A stretch of DNA of 64,000 bases, taken from positions 1,862 through 65,861 of the forward strand of contig JBAZOO010000005.1 in the NCBI GenBank assembly GCA_041648735.1, given 5' to 3'. The position numbers and the translations under genes are program-made. The stretch's first letter is position 1. Every line of letters begins with the position of its first letter. Under the pieces are notes generated by a model. That model worked only from the letters and a program-made list of their open reading frames with translations. It did no database searches and was not told the DNA's origin. Source of the stretch: Lentisphaeria bacterium. GTDB taxonomy: Bacteria > Verrucomicrobiota > Lentisphaeria > Oligosphaerales > CAITYL01. Of this stretch, positions 17,579-26,579 are shown in pieces.

Positions 17579-18538
17579 TTACCTCTCCTCTGCCGGTTTC
17601 TTGAATTCGATGTAGTCCACCACCAGGGTGGCGGAGACCTCGTGCGGGTTGAACACCACCCGTTCTTCCTTGCTCAGTTCGAGCAGCCGCGTGCCGGTTC
17701 CGGCGTCCTCCGGCCCCAGGGCGCCGGAGGTTTTCCGGGCGGCTGGGCGGGGCGGTTGGGGGCTGCTGCCGGGGCGCGGGCGCGCATCCTCCTTCACGGG
17801 CGGCTTGAACTCGGGCAGGGTGTTGTTGGCGGCCTGGTCCACGGCCTGCAAGTCAAGGGAGCGCAGGACGAAGAAGGCCCGGTTGGCATCCCCCTGCAAC
17901 TGGTTGACGAACAGGGCGACGCCGGGATAGCTGCCCATGACCTTGATTTCCAGTGGGGTCGTATCATGAAGTTGGCCTGGCAGCGGTTGGAGGTTGGGGG
18001 AAAGCTGGGCAACCCGGTTCAACTGGGCGATGCCCTGATTGCGCAGCACCAGGTTGGCGACGGCCTCGACAATCCGGTATTGCTTCATCAGCAGCGGCAC
18101 CTCGGTTTCGCTGGGAATCGCCTCCGTGCGGACGGCGCCCAAGGAGAAGTCGCCCCAATTCTCGCCGAGCTTGATCCCCCGCTTCTTCAATTCACCGTCC
18201 AGATAGGTGAGGCCGGCGGCCACTTCGTTCTTGGTGCGCAGCGTCCCCAGCATCCGTTCCTCGGGGAAGCCATACTTGGCATGGAGCGTCCCCTGGAAGG
18301 TCTGGAAGGCGTGGGTGGCGACCTTCTGGTTTTGGGTGGCGACCGCCAGGTTTTCGGCGCTGATCGCCAGCTTGGACTGGCGCAGGCGATCCATTTCGCT
18401 GACGAGTTCGGCGAGTTTCAGCCGCTTCCCCGCGAGCTGCCGTTGCTGGATGCCGCCTAGGAAGGCCAGCACCGCGAAAATCACGGCGGCCGCCACCAGG
18501 AAGAGGCATAATCCGATATTCCGTTTCAGGAACTCCAT
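17579..18538 (-). CDS. Amuc_1100-like / PilO-like pilus-associated membrane protein
   Basis: 319 aa. N-terminal anchor MEFLKRNIGLCLFLVAAAVIF, coiled-coil, then TTPLEIKVMGSYPGVALFVNQLQG...FFVLRSLDLQA and a Pro-rich tail. Architecture, size and gene position match my recollection of Akkermansia Amuc_1100. Confidence 0.5.
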   Translation of the reverse strand: MEFLKRNIGLCLFLVAAAVIFAVLAFLGGIQQRQLAGKRLKLAELVSEMDRLRQSKLAISAENLAVATQNQKVATHAFQTFQGTLHAKYGFPEERMLGTLRTKNEVAAGLTYLDGELKKRGIKLGENWGDFSLGAVRTEAIPSETEVPLLMKQYRIVEAVANLVLRNQGIAQLNRVAQLSPNLQPLPGQLHDTTPLEIKVMGSYPGVALFVNQLQGDANRAFFVLRSLDLQAVDQAANNTLPEFKPPVKEDARPRPGSSPQPPRPAARKTSGALGPEDAGTGTRLLELSKEERVVFNPHEVSATLVVDYIEFKKPAEER

Positions 18539-18578
18539 AGGGCTGTCATCACCTTTGGGGTTGTGGCGTCCGCCGCGG

Positions 18579-20435
18579 TCAGCGCTTCACTTGGATGGGT
18601 TGCTTCAAATGGATCCGCATCGCAAATCCGAACAGGTTGGGGACGCTGGTCGATTGCAGGTAGGAGGTGATGTCCGTCAGCTTCCGGTCGCTGTTGAACA
18701 GCGGATGGTTGCGGAGGCTTTCGATGTAGAGCCCTTCCGGCGAGACCGCGCTGTGCTGGGGGGCGCCGGGGGCGCTGGCGGCGTCCGGCTGGGGCTTCAC
18801 GGTGACGCTGTGCCCTTGCAGTTCGAAGCCGATGATCGTGAAGGTGCCGGCCAGCGGGCTGGCGGCGCCGGCCGGGGCCCGCCCCGGTTCCGGCATGGAT
18901 GGGGCGCCTGGGAAGCCGCCGAACCCCTGGGGCCCGCCCGGGAAGCCGCCGAAGCCCTGGGGCGGGGCTGAGGGGGTGCCGCTGGCCGGCGTTGGCGCGC
19001 CGCCTTCATAGATGGGGGTGAGGCGCGTCAGCCAGAGGCCGGCGGGGCGCAATTCCTGCAAGGCGTTGAGCACCTGGGGCAACTGGCGGCGCTGCTGGAA
19101 GACGGCCTTGAGGGTCTCGCTGGCCGCGATGGCGGCGGCGGTGCGATCCTGCCCCTGCTTGATCTCCTGCTCCAGCTCCTTCCGCTGCTGCATGGGCTGG
19201 CTGTAACGCTCCAGCACCGCGTCAAAGCGGGCGCGTTCGGCGCGGACGCCCAACCCCCAGAGTCCGACCCCGGCCACGGCGGCCGCGGCGGCCGCCGCCA
19301 GGTACGGCTTCTTGTGATTGAAGGCCTGGATCTTGCGGATGGTTTCCGGGACCAGGGAGATTTCCACCGGGCATTGCACCCGGTAGCGCAGCCCCAAGCC
19401 CACCACTTCGCTGAAGACATGGGCGGCCTCCTCCAGTTTCTTGACATTGATGGCGGGGCCGATGGCGACGACCTGGAAGGGGTTGAGGTAGGAGACTTCA
19501 ACGTCGCAGGCTTCCCGGAAGAAGCGGTCGGTGTAGCCCATGATCGAGCTGCCGCCGGCCAAGTACATGCGGGTCGGCCGGTTCCCCTTCTGCTGGGAAC
19601 GGTAGACGGTGATCGAGCGGTTGATCTCGCCATGGAGCCGGGCCATCACGCTGCGGACGATCTTGGAGACGGTGGCGGCCACGGCCGACTCGGGCTCCTC
19701 GAAGGCGCCGCCCAAGGCGACGAAGCCGTGCCGGCGCTTCATTTCCTCCGCCTCGGCCAGGCCGATGTTGAACTCCTTGGCGATCTGCTGGGTGATGGCA
19801 TGGCCGGCAATGGGGATGGTGCGGGCGAAGAAGCGGGTCTTGTCGGCGAAGAGGAGGTTGCAGCTCCGGGAGCCGATGTTGAGGATCACCGAGCATTCGT
19901 CGTCCCCCACATGGTTGGCGCGGGCGGCATTGTACCCGGCGACCGGGGCGATGTCCACCACCACCGGTTCCAGCCCCAGCTTGGCCACGATGTCGGTGAG
20001 GTGCTCGACGATCTCGTTCTTGATGACGACGAACATCACATCCATCTCGCCCGTGTCGGGGGAGGCGATGAGCTGGTAGTCCCAAATCACTTCCGCCATT
20101 GGGAAGGGGACGTTCTGGCGGGCCTCGAACTCGACGATCTGGCGGACGCGCCGTTCGTCCTCGGAGACCAGCGGCAGCTTCACGAAGCGGATGAAGGCGG
20201 ACTGCCCCGAGATGGAGAGCATGACCTTGCGGGCGGTGAAGCCCTCCTCGACCAGCAGGGCATGGATGGCGCGGCCAATCGCCGCGGAGCGCTCGGCCTC
20301 GGCGAGGGCGTCATCGTATTCCTTGACGGCAAACCCCGTCAAGGTGACCGCCCCGCCAGCACCGTATTCGAACTCGCCGGCCTTGATGCTGGCCGCGCCG
20401 ATGTCCAGAGCCAAAACCTTTTCCGTACGCGCCAT
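18579..20435 (-). CDS. pilM: Type IV pilus assembly protein PilM (actin-like ATPase) with TM segment and long C-terminal PilN/O-like extension
   Basis: KVLALDIGAASIKAGEF...ILNIGSRSCNLLF...MYLAGGSSIMGY are actin-fold motifs. TM helix YLAAAAAAAVAGVGLWGLG is followed by a coiled coil and a Gly/Pro-rich region. Confidence 0.8.
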   Translation of the reverse strand: MARTEKVLALDIGAASIKAGEFEYGAGGAVTLTGFAVKEYDDALAEAERSAAIGRAIHALLVEEGFTARKVMLSISGQSAFIRFVKLPLVSEDERRVRQIVEFEARQNVPFPMAEVIWDYQLIASPDTGEMDVMFVVIKNEIVEHLTDIVAKLGLEPVVVDIAPVAGYNAARANHVGDDECSVILNIGSRSCNLLFADKTRFFARTIPIAGHAITQQIAKEFNIGLAEAEEMKRRHGFVALGGAFEEPESAVAATVSKIVRSVMARLHGEINRSITVYRSQQKGNRPTRMYLAGGSSIMGYTDRFFREACDVEVSYLNPFQVVAIGPAINVKKLEEAAHVFSEVVGLGLRYRVQCPVEISLVPETIRKIQAFNHKKPYLAAAAAAAVAGVGLWGLGVRAERARFDAVLERYSQPMQQRKELEQEIKQGQDRTAAAIAASETLKAVFQQRRQLPQVLNALQELRPAGLWLTRLTPIYEGGAPTPASGTPSAPPQGFGGFPGGPQGFGGFPGAPSMPEPGRAPAGAASPLAGTFTIIGFELQGHSVTVKPQPDAASAPGAPQHSAVSPEGLYIESLRNHPLFNSDRKLTDITSYLQSTSVPNLFGFAMRIHLKQPIQVKR

Positions 20436-20496
20436 GAGTGTATCCGTTCACTTCTCGGTCAGGTGAGGTGAGGGGGGGGGCTTGGCGGGACCGGCG

Positions 20497-21144
20497 TCAC
20501 CGGCCGCCGGCGGGGCCGGGCTTGATCTGTTCGTAGAAGTCGTAGTCGTAGGGGGCGAAGGGGGTCTGGTCGCGGGTCAGCAGCTCCTCGTTGAAGGGGG
20601 CCACCCGCCGTTCGTCGACAATCCACCATTGGCCGGCGCGGCCGTTGGCGCTGTCATGGCGGGCCACCAGCCGATCCTTGGCCTTCAGCTCCACATAGAA
20701 CTGGACATCCCGGTAGGAGACGTTCTTGAGGTGGCGCTCGAGGAAGCCGGGGCGGATGTAGAAGTCCGCCACGTGCGGTTCGGAACGGTCCTCGACGTCG
20801 ATGTAGGTGACGGAGCGCTTCATCAGGATGCCGCGGGCGCCCTTCACCGGCGCCGGCGCCAGGATCGTCAGGTCGAGGGTGATCTCGTCCTGCCAGGTGC
20901 TGCGGCTGCCGGGGGTTGTCCGGCCGCCGGCGGTGTCGTATTCGACTTGCAGCAGCCACCAGTCGGCGCGGTTGCGGGCGCGGCCGTCGGTGGCCTTGAT
21001 GTCCGGCGGCCGGATTCGCCGGGAGTCAGTCTTGCGGATCTGGAAGCCGGCAATGCCGGCCGCCTGGGCCGCGGCCCGCTCCGCGCCCACCGTCGCCCCG
21101 AACACCATCACGGCCGCGATCATCAGCCAGAGACGTTTCAGCAT
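20497..21144 (-). CDS. Secreted hypothetical protein, first gene of the pilus-like cluster (Amuc_1102-like position)
   Basis: Signal peptide MLKRLWLMIAAVMVFGATVGA from ATG 21144. No motif I recognise; assignment is by position only. Confidence 0.4.
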   Translation of the reverse strand: MLKRLWLMIAAVMVFGATVGAERAAAQAAGIAGFQIRKTDSRRIRPPDIKATDGRARNRADWWLLQVEYDTAGGRTTPGSRSTWQDEITLDLTILAPAPVKGARGILMKRSVTYIDVEDRSEPHVADFYIRPGFLERHLKNVSYRDVQFYVELKAKDRLVARHDSANGRAGQWWIVDERRVAPFNEELLTRDQTPFAPYDYDFYEQIKPGPAGGR

Positions 21145-21297
21145 AACACACCCTCGCCTGGTTCCACCGTTGCCTGAATGCCAAACGTACAAAACGGTGA
21201 TAGAATAAAATCTGAAGGTCCGGAAATCAAGCCAGCCGCCGAATTTAGCCCTGAAATGATGGCCTTGTCGGACGCTGTCCGGTTCGGCTGCCCCGCT

Positions 21298-22794
21298 TCA
21301 ACTTGCCCGGTAGTTGGGCGCGTCCTTGACCACCTTCACGTCGTGCGGATGGGCTTCCTCCAGGGAAGCGTAGCTGATGCGGACGAAGCGGGCCCGCTCC
21401 CGCAACTCCCGGAGGGTCCGGGCGCCGCAATAGCCGAGGGCGAAGCGCAGGCCGCCGGAGTACTGGTGGAGCACCTCGCCGACCGGGCCGCGGTAGGGGA
21501 CGAGGCTTTCGATCCCTTGGGGCACCAGCTTGTTGGCGCTGTCCACCTCTTCGTGGCCATAGCGTTCGCGGCTGCCTTTGTTCTTCTGCATCGCCTCCAG
21601 GCTGCCCATGCCGCGGTAGACCACATAGGTCCGCCCTTGGTGCAGGATCCGTTCGCCGGGGCTTTCCTCGGTGCCGGCCAGGGCGGAGCCCATCATCACG
21701 CAGTCGGCGCCGGCGGCAATGGCCTTGGCGACGTCGCCGGAGTAGACGATGCCGCCGTCGGCGATCACCGGGACGTCGGCGCCGATGGCCTTGCGCACGC
21801 GGTAGATGGCGGTGACTTGGGGGGTGCCGACGCCGGCGACGATGCGGGTGGTGCAGATCGAGCCGGGCCCGATGCCGACCTTGACCGCGTCGGCCCCGGC
21901 TTCCACCAAGGCCCGGCCGCCTTCGCCGGTGGCGACGTTGCCGGCGACCACGTCGATGCCGGGGTGGCGGCGCTTGATGAGCTTGACGGTTTCGACGACT
22001 CCCGCGGAATGGCCGTGGGCGGTGTCGAGCACCAGCACATCCACCCCCGCCGTGGCCAGGGCGTCCAGGCGCTCTTCGTCATGGGGGCCGATGGCGGCGG
22101 CGACGCGCAACTGGTGCTGGGCATCGCGGTTGACGGTCGGCTCCAGCTTCTGCTGCAGCGTCTTCACGTCCTGGAAGCTGTAGAGGCCGGTGAGGCGGCC
22201 ATTGGCGTCGACGATCGGCAGCTTGCCCACCTTGTGCTTGAGCATCAGGTGGTAGGCCTCCTTCATCGAGGTCTTGGGGCTGGCGGTGACCAGCTCCCGG
22301 GTCATGACCGCCTCGACGCTGACGGTGAGGTCGGTGAGGAACTTGAGGTCGCGGGCGGTGAGGATGCCGGCCAGCAGGCCGTGTTCGTCAACGATGGGGA
22401 AGCCGGTGAACTGGTATTTGTGGCTCTCCTTCTCGGCAAGCAGGTCGCAGACCCGCATGGTCTTGGGGAAGACCACGGGGTTGGTGATCAGGCCGTTGAG
22501 GAAATGCTTGACCCGGCGGACCTCGGCGGCCTGGCGCTCCGCGGTCATGTTCTTGTGGATGACGCCGATGCCGCCGAGCCGGGCCATGGCAATGGCCATG
22601 CCGCTCTCGGTGACGGTGTCCATGGCGGCGCTGACGTAGGGGATGTTGAGGCCGACGTTGCGGCTGAAGCGGGAGCGCAGGTCGGTCTCGGAGGGGAGGA
22701 AGTCGGCGTACTGGGTCTCCAACGACACGTCGTCGAAGGTGATCCCCTCGAACGGGAAGGCCGCCATGAAGTCGTCAAGGAACGGATTGCTCAT
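21298..22794 (-). CDS. guaB: IMP dehydrogenase
   Basis: [13 protein letters not shown] pair, catalytic loop [19 protein letters not shown]. Confidence 0.95.
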   Translation of the reverse strand: MSNPFLDDFMAAFPFEGITFDDVSLETQYADFLPSETDLRSRFSRNVGLNIPYVSAAMDTVTESGMAIAMARLGGIGVIHKNMTAERQAAEVRRVKHFLNGLITNPVVFPKTMRVCDLLAEKESHKYQFTGFPIVDEHGLLAGILTARDLKFLTDLTVSVEAVMTRELVTASPKTSMKEAYHLMLKHKVGKLPIVDANGRLTGLYSFQDVKTLQQKLEPTVNRDAQHQLRVAAAIGPHDEERLDALATAGVDVLVLDTAHGHSAGVVETVKLIKRRHPGIDVVAGNVATGEGGRALVEAGADAVKVGIGPGSICTTRIVAGVGTPQVTAIYRVRKAIGADVPVIADGGIVYSGDVAKAIAAGADCVMMGSALAGTEESPGERILHQGRTYVVYRGMGSLEAMQKNKGSRERYGHEEVDSANKLVPQGIESLVPYRGPVGEVLHQYSGGLRFALGYCGARTLRELRERARFVRISYASLEEAHPHDVKVVKDAPNYRAS

Positions 22795-23573
22795 GCCTCT
22801 TCCGCCTCCGTCGGTGCGGGCTTGGGGGCGGCGCTGGCCACCTGGATGGTGATGGCCTTGCGGTTGCCGCCCAAGTCCGGGCCGCTGAGGGCTTCGATGC
22901 CGCCCATGTCGCGCAGGGCCTCGTGGATCTGCTTGCGCTCGGGGGCGGAGAAGGGGCCGAGGGTCTTGGGCTGCCCCCAGAGGCGGACTTCCTTGGCCAC
23001 GTCCAGCGCCAGGTGGGCCAGTTCCTCGGGGGAGTGCTGGCCGCCGCCGTGGCGTTCCTCGCGCCCATGCCGCTCATGGCCGAACTCTTCGCGGGCGCGG
23101 CGCTCCCGGCCAAACTCCTCGCGGCCGCGCCGTTCCCGGGGCTCATGCTGCTCCCGGGGCTCATGGGGCTCCCGGGGCTCATGGGGCTCATGGGAGTGCC
23201 ACCCCGCCGCCGCCGGTTCGGCCGCCGGTTCGGCCGCCGGTTCGGCCGCCGCCGCCGCCGCGTGGGGGGCGCCTTCGGCCGCTTCCCCTTCTGCGGCCCG
23301 TTCCCGCACGCCGCGCTGGTAGCCGTCAATGTCGATGCGGATCGGGACGAACTCCTCGACGTTCTTCTGGACGATGCGGTTGAGCAGCAGCTCCAGGCTG
23401 TAGAGGTAGATGCCCTTGCGGCCGATCAGCCGGCCGGGCTTCTCGGCCTTCACGTTCAGGATGTTGAGGTCGTCATGGCTGGCATCGGTGATTTCCGCCT
23501 CCAGCCCGAGCCGGGAAATCATCTGGCGCAGGATGGCCACCGCCTCCTGCCGCTTCTCTGAAGGGAGCAACAT
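22791..23573 (-). CDS. jag: Jag/SpoIIIJ-associated RNA-binding protein (KH + R3H) with low-complexity insert
   Basis: Start MLLPSEKRQ at 23573. KH-like GRLIGRKGIYLYSLELLL. C-terminal R3H-like SAPERKQIHEALRD. Immediately downstream of yidC. Confidence 0.8.
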   Translation of the reverse strand: MLLPSEKRQEAVAILRQMISRLGLEAEITDASHDDLNILNVKAEKPGRLIGRKGIYLYSLELLLNRIVQKNVEEFVPIRIDIDGYQRGVRERAAEGEAAEGAPHAAAAAAEPAAEPAAEPAAAGWHSHEPHEPREPHEPREQHEPRERRGREEFGRERRAREEFGHERHGREERHGGGQHSPEELAHLALDVAKEVRLWGQPKTLGPFSAPERKQIHEALRDMGGIEALSGPDLGGNRKAITIQVASAAPKPAPTEAEEA

Positions 23574-23653
23574 CGAATCGTCTCCTGGTTCTGGCTCCGT
23601 CAATGCAATGCGGGAAGATAATGCAGGTTCCGTCCGCCGCCAGCCGTTCCGGG

Positions 23654-25426
23654 TCAGGCTGGCCGTTCCGCCCCGGGGTGCGGCGGAACCAGGTGCCGCA
23701 CCAGCCGGAAGGTGATCAAGGTCTGGACAATGCTCAGCCCCTGGTTCACCGTCCAGTAGAGCGTCAGGCCGGCGGGCATGCCGTAGAAGATGAAGGCGAA
23801 GAAGAGGGTCATGAAGCTCATCATCTTGGCCTGGGCCGGATCCATGGAGCTGGGGGTCAGCTTCTGTTGCAGGAACATGGTGACGCCGGTGAGGATCGCC
23901 AGTGGCCGGATGGGCAGCAGGTGGGCGAGGAACGGCAGCGTGTCGGGCTGCGAGAGGTCCGCCACCCAGAGGAAGGGGGCCTGGCGCAGCTCGATGGCGC
24001 CGCGGAAGACGTTGAACAGGGCGAAGAAGACCGGGATCTGCAGGAGGATCGGCAGGCAGCCGCCAAGCGGGTTGACCTTGTGCTCGCGGTAAAGCTCCAT
24101 GATCTTCTGCTGCATGAGCTGCGGGCTGTCCTTGTATTTCTCCTTGAGCCCGGCCATCAGCGGCTGCAACCCCTGCATCTTCTTCATCGAGATCGTGCTG
24201 TAGTGGGTGAGTGGCCAGAAGAGGAACTTGACCAGCACGGTGATGAGGATGATGGCGACGCCATAGGCCCACGGCGCCCCGATCTGCCGCTGCACCCAGA
24301 GCATGCCGCCCAGGATCAGCCGGGAGACGCTGCCCATCCACTGGGGATGGAAGAAGAAGAACAGGTCCATCTGCAGCACGGAGTCGAGGCCGTTGCCCAG
24401 GGCGCGCAGCCGCGCGAGTTCCTTGGGGCCGGCGTAGACCGTGAAGCGCTGGGCCAGCTCCCCGCCCGCCGCGACCGTCGCCGGCGGCAGGAGCAGGTTC
24501 GCCGCCACGAACTGGATCTCGCCCGCGTCTGGCTCGCCGCCGGCGGCGCTGCCGGTTTCCAGTTCCGCCCCGGCGGCCGGGGCCTCGCCGGCCATGGCGA
24601 CCAGGAAGTACTTGGTGTGGGCGGCGGCCCAGGCGGTGCGCCGGCCGGCCAGCTCCCGCCGCTCCTCCGCCTTGGCCTTGCCGATCCCCTTCGGATTGTA
24701 CAGCTTCGCCCGCGATTCGCCGGCAAAGGCGACGCTGGCGGCCAGGTCGGCGGGGGCGCCCCAGCCGCCCTTGGCCTGCGCGGCGGGCAGCTCCATGAGC
24801 CCCGCCAGCACCGTCATCGGCTTCAGCTCCAGCGGCACGGTGCCGGTGTTGCGGAAGCGCACGGTGTAGGCGAGCTGGTAGGGGCGATCCGGAACCGCGG
24901 CCCATTCCTGGCGGAGGACAAGGCCGTCCGCCAGCGGCCGTTCGAGCACCAGCCGCTGGGCGGCCTGTTCGACGACCACGGCCGGGCCCTGGCCAGCCAG
25001 CGGCTGGCCCGCCAGCCGGATCTCGCCGGCGGCGCGCCCCGCATGGCCGAGCGTCATCGCGGCCGTCCGGGCGTCGTTCGGGTACTGCTCCAGCTCGACT
25101 TCGGCCAGGGCCCCCGTCCGCAGGTCGATGTGGGCCTGGTAGAAGCCGGGGACGGCGAGGTTGGCGAAGGCCGGCGTGCCGGTTGCCGCCGCGCCGGTTG
25201 CTGTGGGCGCGGGTTCAAGCGCCACGGCGGCGGGCGCCGCGGCGGTTGCGGTCGCCTGGCTGGCGGCGGTCGTCAGCGGGGGCGGTTCCGCCGGCGTCGC
25301 GGCGGCGGCCGGGCCGCTGGCGGGCGGCTCCGGCGCCGGCAGCAGCCCGAGCTGGCGCAGCAAGGGGTTCCAGGCCAGGATCAGCACCACGCAAAGGGCA
25401 ATGGCGGCAAGGCTCTTTTTATCCAT
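23654..25426 (-). CDS. yidC: Membrane protein insertase YidC
   Basis: Start [15 protein letters not shown] at 25426. C-terminal [16 protein letters not shown]...[18 protein letters not shown]. Confidence 0.9.
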   Translation of the reverse strand: MDKKSLAAIALCVVLILAWNPLLRQLGLLPAPEPPASGPAAAATPAEPPPLTTAASQATATAAAPAAVALEPAPTATGAAATGTPAFANLAVPGFYQAHIDLRTGALAEVELEQYPNDARTAAMTLGHAGRAAGEIRLAGQPLAGQGPAVVVEQAAQRLVLERPLADGLVLRQEWAAVPDRPYQLAYTVRFRNTGTVPLELKPMTVLAGLMELPAAQAKGGWGAPADLAASVAFAGESRAKLYNPKGIGKAKAEERRELAGRRTAWAAAHTKYFLVAMAGEAPAAGAELETGSAAGGEPDAGEIQFVAANLLLPPATVAAGGELAQRFTVYAGPKELARLRALGNGLDSVLQMDLFFFFHPQWMGSVSRLILGGMLWVQRQIGAPWAYGVAIILITVLVKFLFWPLTHYSTISMKKMQGLQPLMAGLKEKYKDSPQLMQQKIMELYREHKVNPLGGCLPILLQIPVFFALFNVFRGAIELRQAPFLWVADLSQPDTLPFLAHLLPIRPLAILTGVTMFLQQKLTPSSMDPAQAKMMSFMTLFFAFIFYGMPAGLTLYWTVNQGLSIVQTLITFRLVRHLVPPHPGAERPA

Positions 25427-25712
25427 GGGGAGTCCTAGTCCTTGGGGCTGGGGCGGCTGGCGGTGGGGGATCCCACAGCGGCCCACGGTAGAAGGGGTGG
25501 CATTTCAGGAGGCGGCGGAGGGCGAGCCAGCCGCCCCGGATGACGCCGAAACGGAGGACGGCTTCCAGGGCGTAGGCGGAACAGGTCGGCGTGAAGCGGC
25601 AGCAGGGAGGCTTGAAGGGGGAAAGGGCGAAGCGGTAGAAGCGCAGCCCCGCCGCCACGGCCAGGGCCGCGGTGCGCCGCCAGCCGGTGGGCGGCCGGGG
25701 GAGGGGGCTCAT
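25419..25712 (-). CDS. yidD: Membrane protein insertion efficiency factor YidD
   Basis: [27 protein letters not shown]...[15 protein letters not shown]. Confidence 0.85.
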   Translation of the reverse strand: MSPLPRPPTGWRRTAALAVAAGLRFYRFALSPFKPPCCRFTPTCSAYALEAVLRFGVIRGGWLALRRLLKCHPFYRGPLWDPPPPAAPAPRTRTPHG

Positions 25713-26155
25713 GGCGCCTCCGGCGGCGGCGGGGGTGGCTGCCAGATGCCCAGCCGGGAACCGAAATGGAGCACTTCCGCCGCCACCGGCGCGAGCTTCT
25801 GCTTCTTGATCGGCTGGCGGGGAAGGAAGAGGAACCAGCAGGGCTGGATTCCCGGAGCCATCTGGCGGACGGCCTCGCGCAACAGGCGGCGCGCCCGGTT
25901 GCGCTCCACCGCCAAGGTGCTGAACCGGCGGGAGATGATGATCGCCACCCGTGGCTGGCCGTCGGGCGCCGGCAAGGCCTTCACCACCACGAACCGGCCG
26001 GCCCGGCTCTTCCCTTCGGCATGGACCAGTTGCAACTGCTGCCGGTTCCGCAGCCGGCTCTCCCGGGTGAAGGGGCGCCAGACGCGGGGCCGGGCCGTCG
26101 CGCCGGGCTGGCCGGCGGGCTCATGGGTGCTTGCGCTCGCCGGAAGCGTCGTCAC
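25709..26155 (-). CDS. rnpA: Ribonuclease P protein component
   Basis: [17 protein letters not shown]...[24 protein letters not shown]. Sits between rpmH and yidD. Start uncertain. Confidence 0.75.
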   Translation of the reverse strand: MTTLPASASTHEPAGQPGATARPRVWRPFTRESRLRNRQQLQLVHAEGKSRAGRFVVVKALPAPDGQPRVAIIISRRFSTLAVERNRARRLLREAVRQMAPGIQPCWFLFLPRQPIKKQKLAPVAAEVLHFGSRLGIWQPPPPPPEAP

Positions 26156-26171
26156 CAGCCCATCTCCTGGC

Positions 26172-26306
26172 TCAAACGGTCAGACGCTTGCGGCCTTTGC
26201 GCCGGCGGTTGGCCAGGATGGCCCGGCCGGCGCTGGTCTTCATGCGGGTGCGGAAGCCATGGACGCGCTTCCGGCGCAGTTTCGAGGGCTGGTAGGTCCG
26301 TTTCAT
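26172..26306 (-). CDS. rpmH: 50S ribosomal protein L34
   Basis: [44 protein letters not shown] (44 aa). This is the internal ATG of the listed 75-aa ORF. Confidence 0.95.
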   Translation of the reverse strand: MKRTYQPSKLRRKRVHGFRTRMKTSAGRAILANRRRKGRKRLTV

Positions 26307-26370
26307 GGGGGCATCCTCTTCTCGGTTGGCGCGCCGCGGCGCGTGGAGTGGCGGGAAAAAATGAAACCGT

Positions 26371-26399
26371 ACTATAGCTTGCCCGCGCCCTCCCGCCAA
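26371..26399 (-). promoter_or_regulatory. Likely sigma70 promoter of rpmH-rnpA-yidD-yidC-jag
   Basis: Minus strand reads TTGGCG-N17-TATAGT, about 65 nt upstream of the rpmH ATG. Confidence 0.4.
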
Positions 26400-26579
26400 T
26401 GGGCGTTGCGCACGGGAAACTGGAAACTGGGGTGTCCGTCCCCAATGTCCGGCTCACGGCCTACGGCTCACGGCTTGCGGCGGGCCGGGGAGGGGGCGGC
26501 TGGCGCTATATAGTACAGGGGTTGCCGCCGAGCCGCACCATCCCACACCCCATCATCCCCCTTTTCGGGCATTGACCTC

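Noticed and set aside
26307-26579. Possible replication origin next to rpmH. Reasons to consider it: the classical rpmH-rnpA-yidD-yidC-jag block, the switch from a long minus-strand gene run to a plus-strand gene, and small tandem repeats GGAAACTGGAAACTGG and GGCTCACGGC x2.
   Set aside because: No dnaA or dnaN is adjacent, and I find no good DnaA boxes (TTATCCACA-like; best match 5/9) and no AT-rich unwinding element. The AT-rich patches are better explained as promoter -10 elements. A cumulative GC-skew calculation on the whole replicon would be needed.
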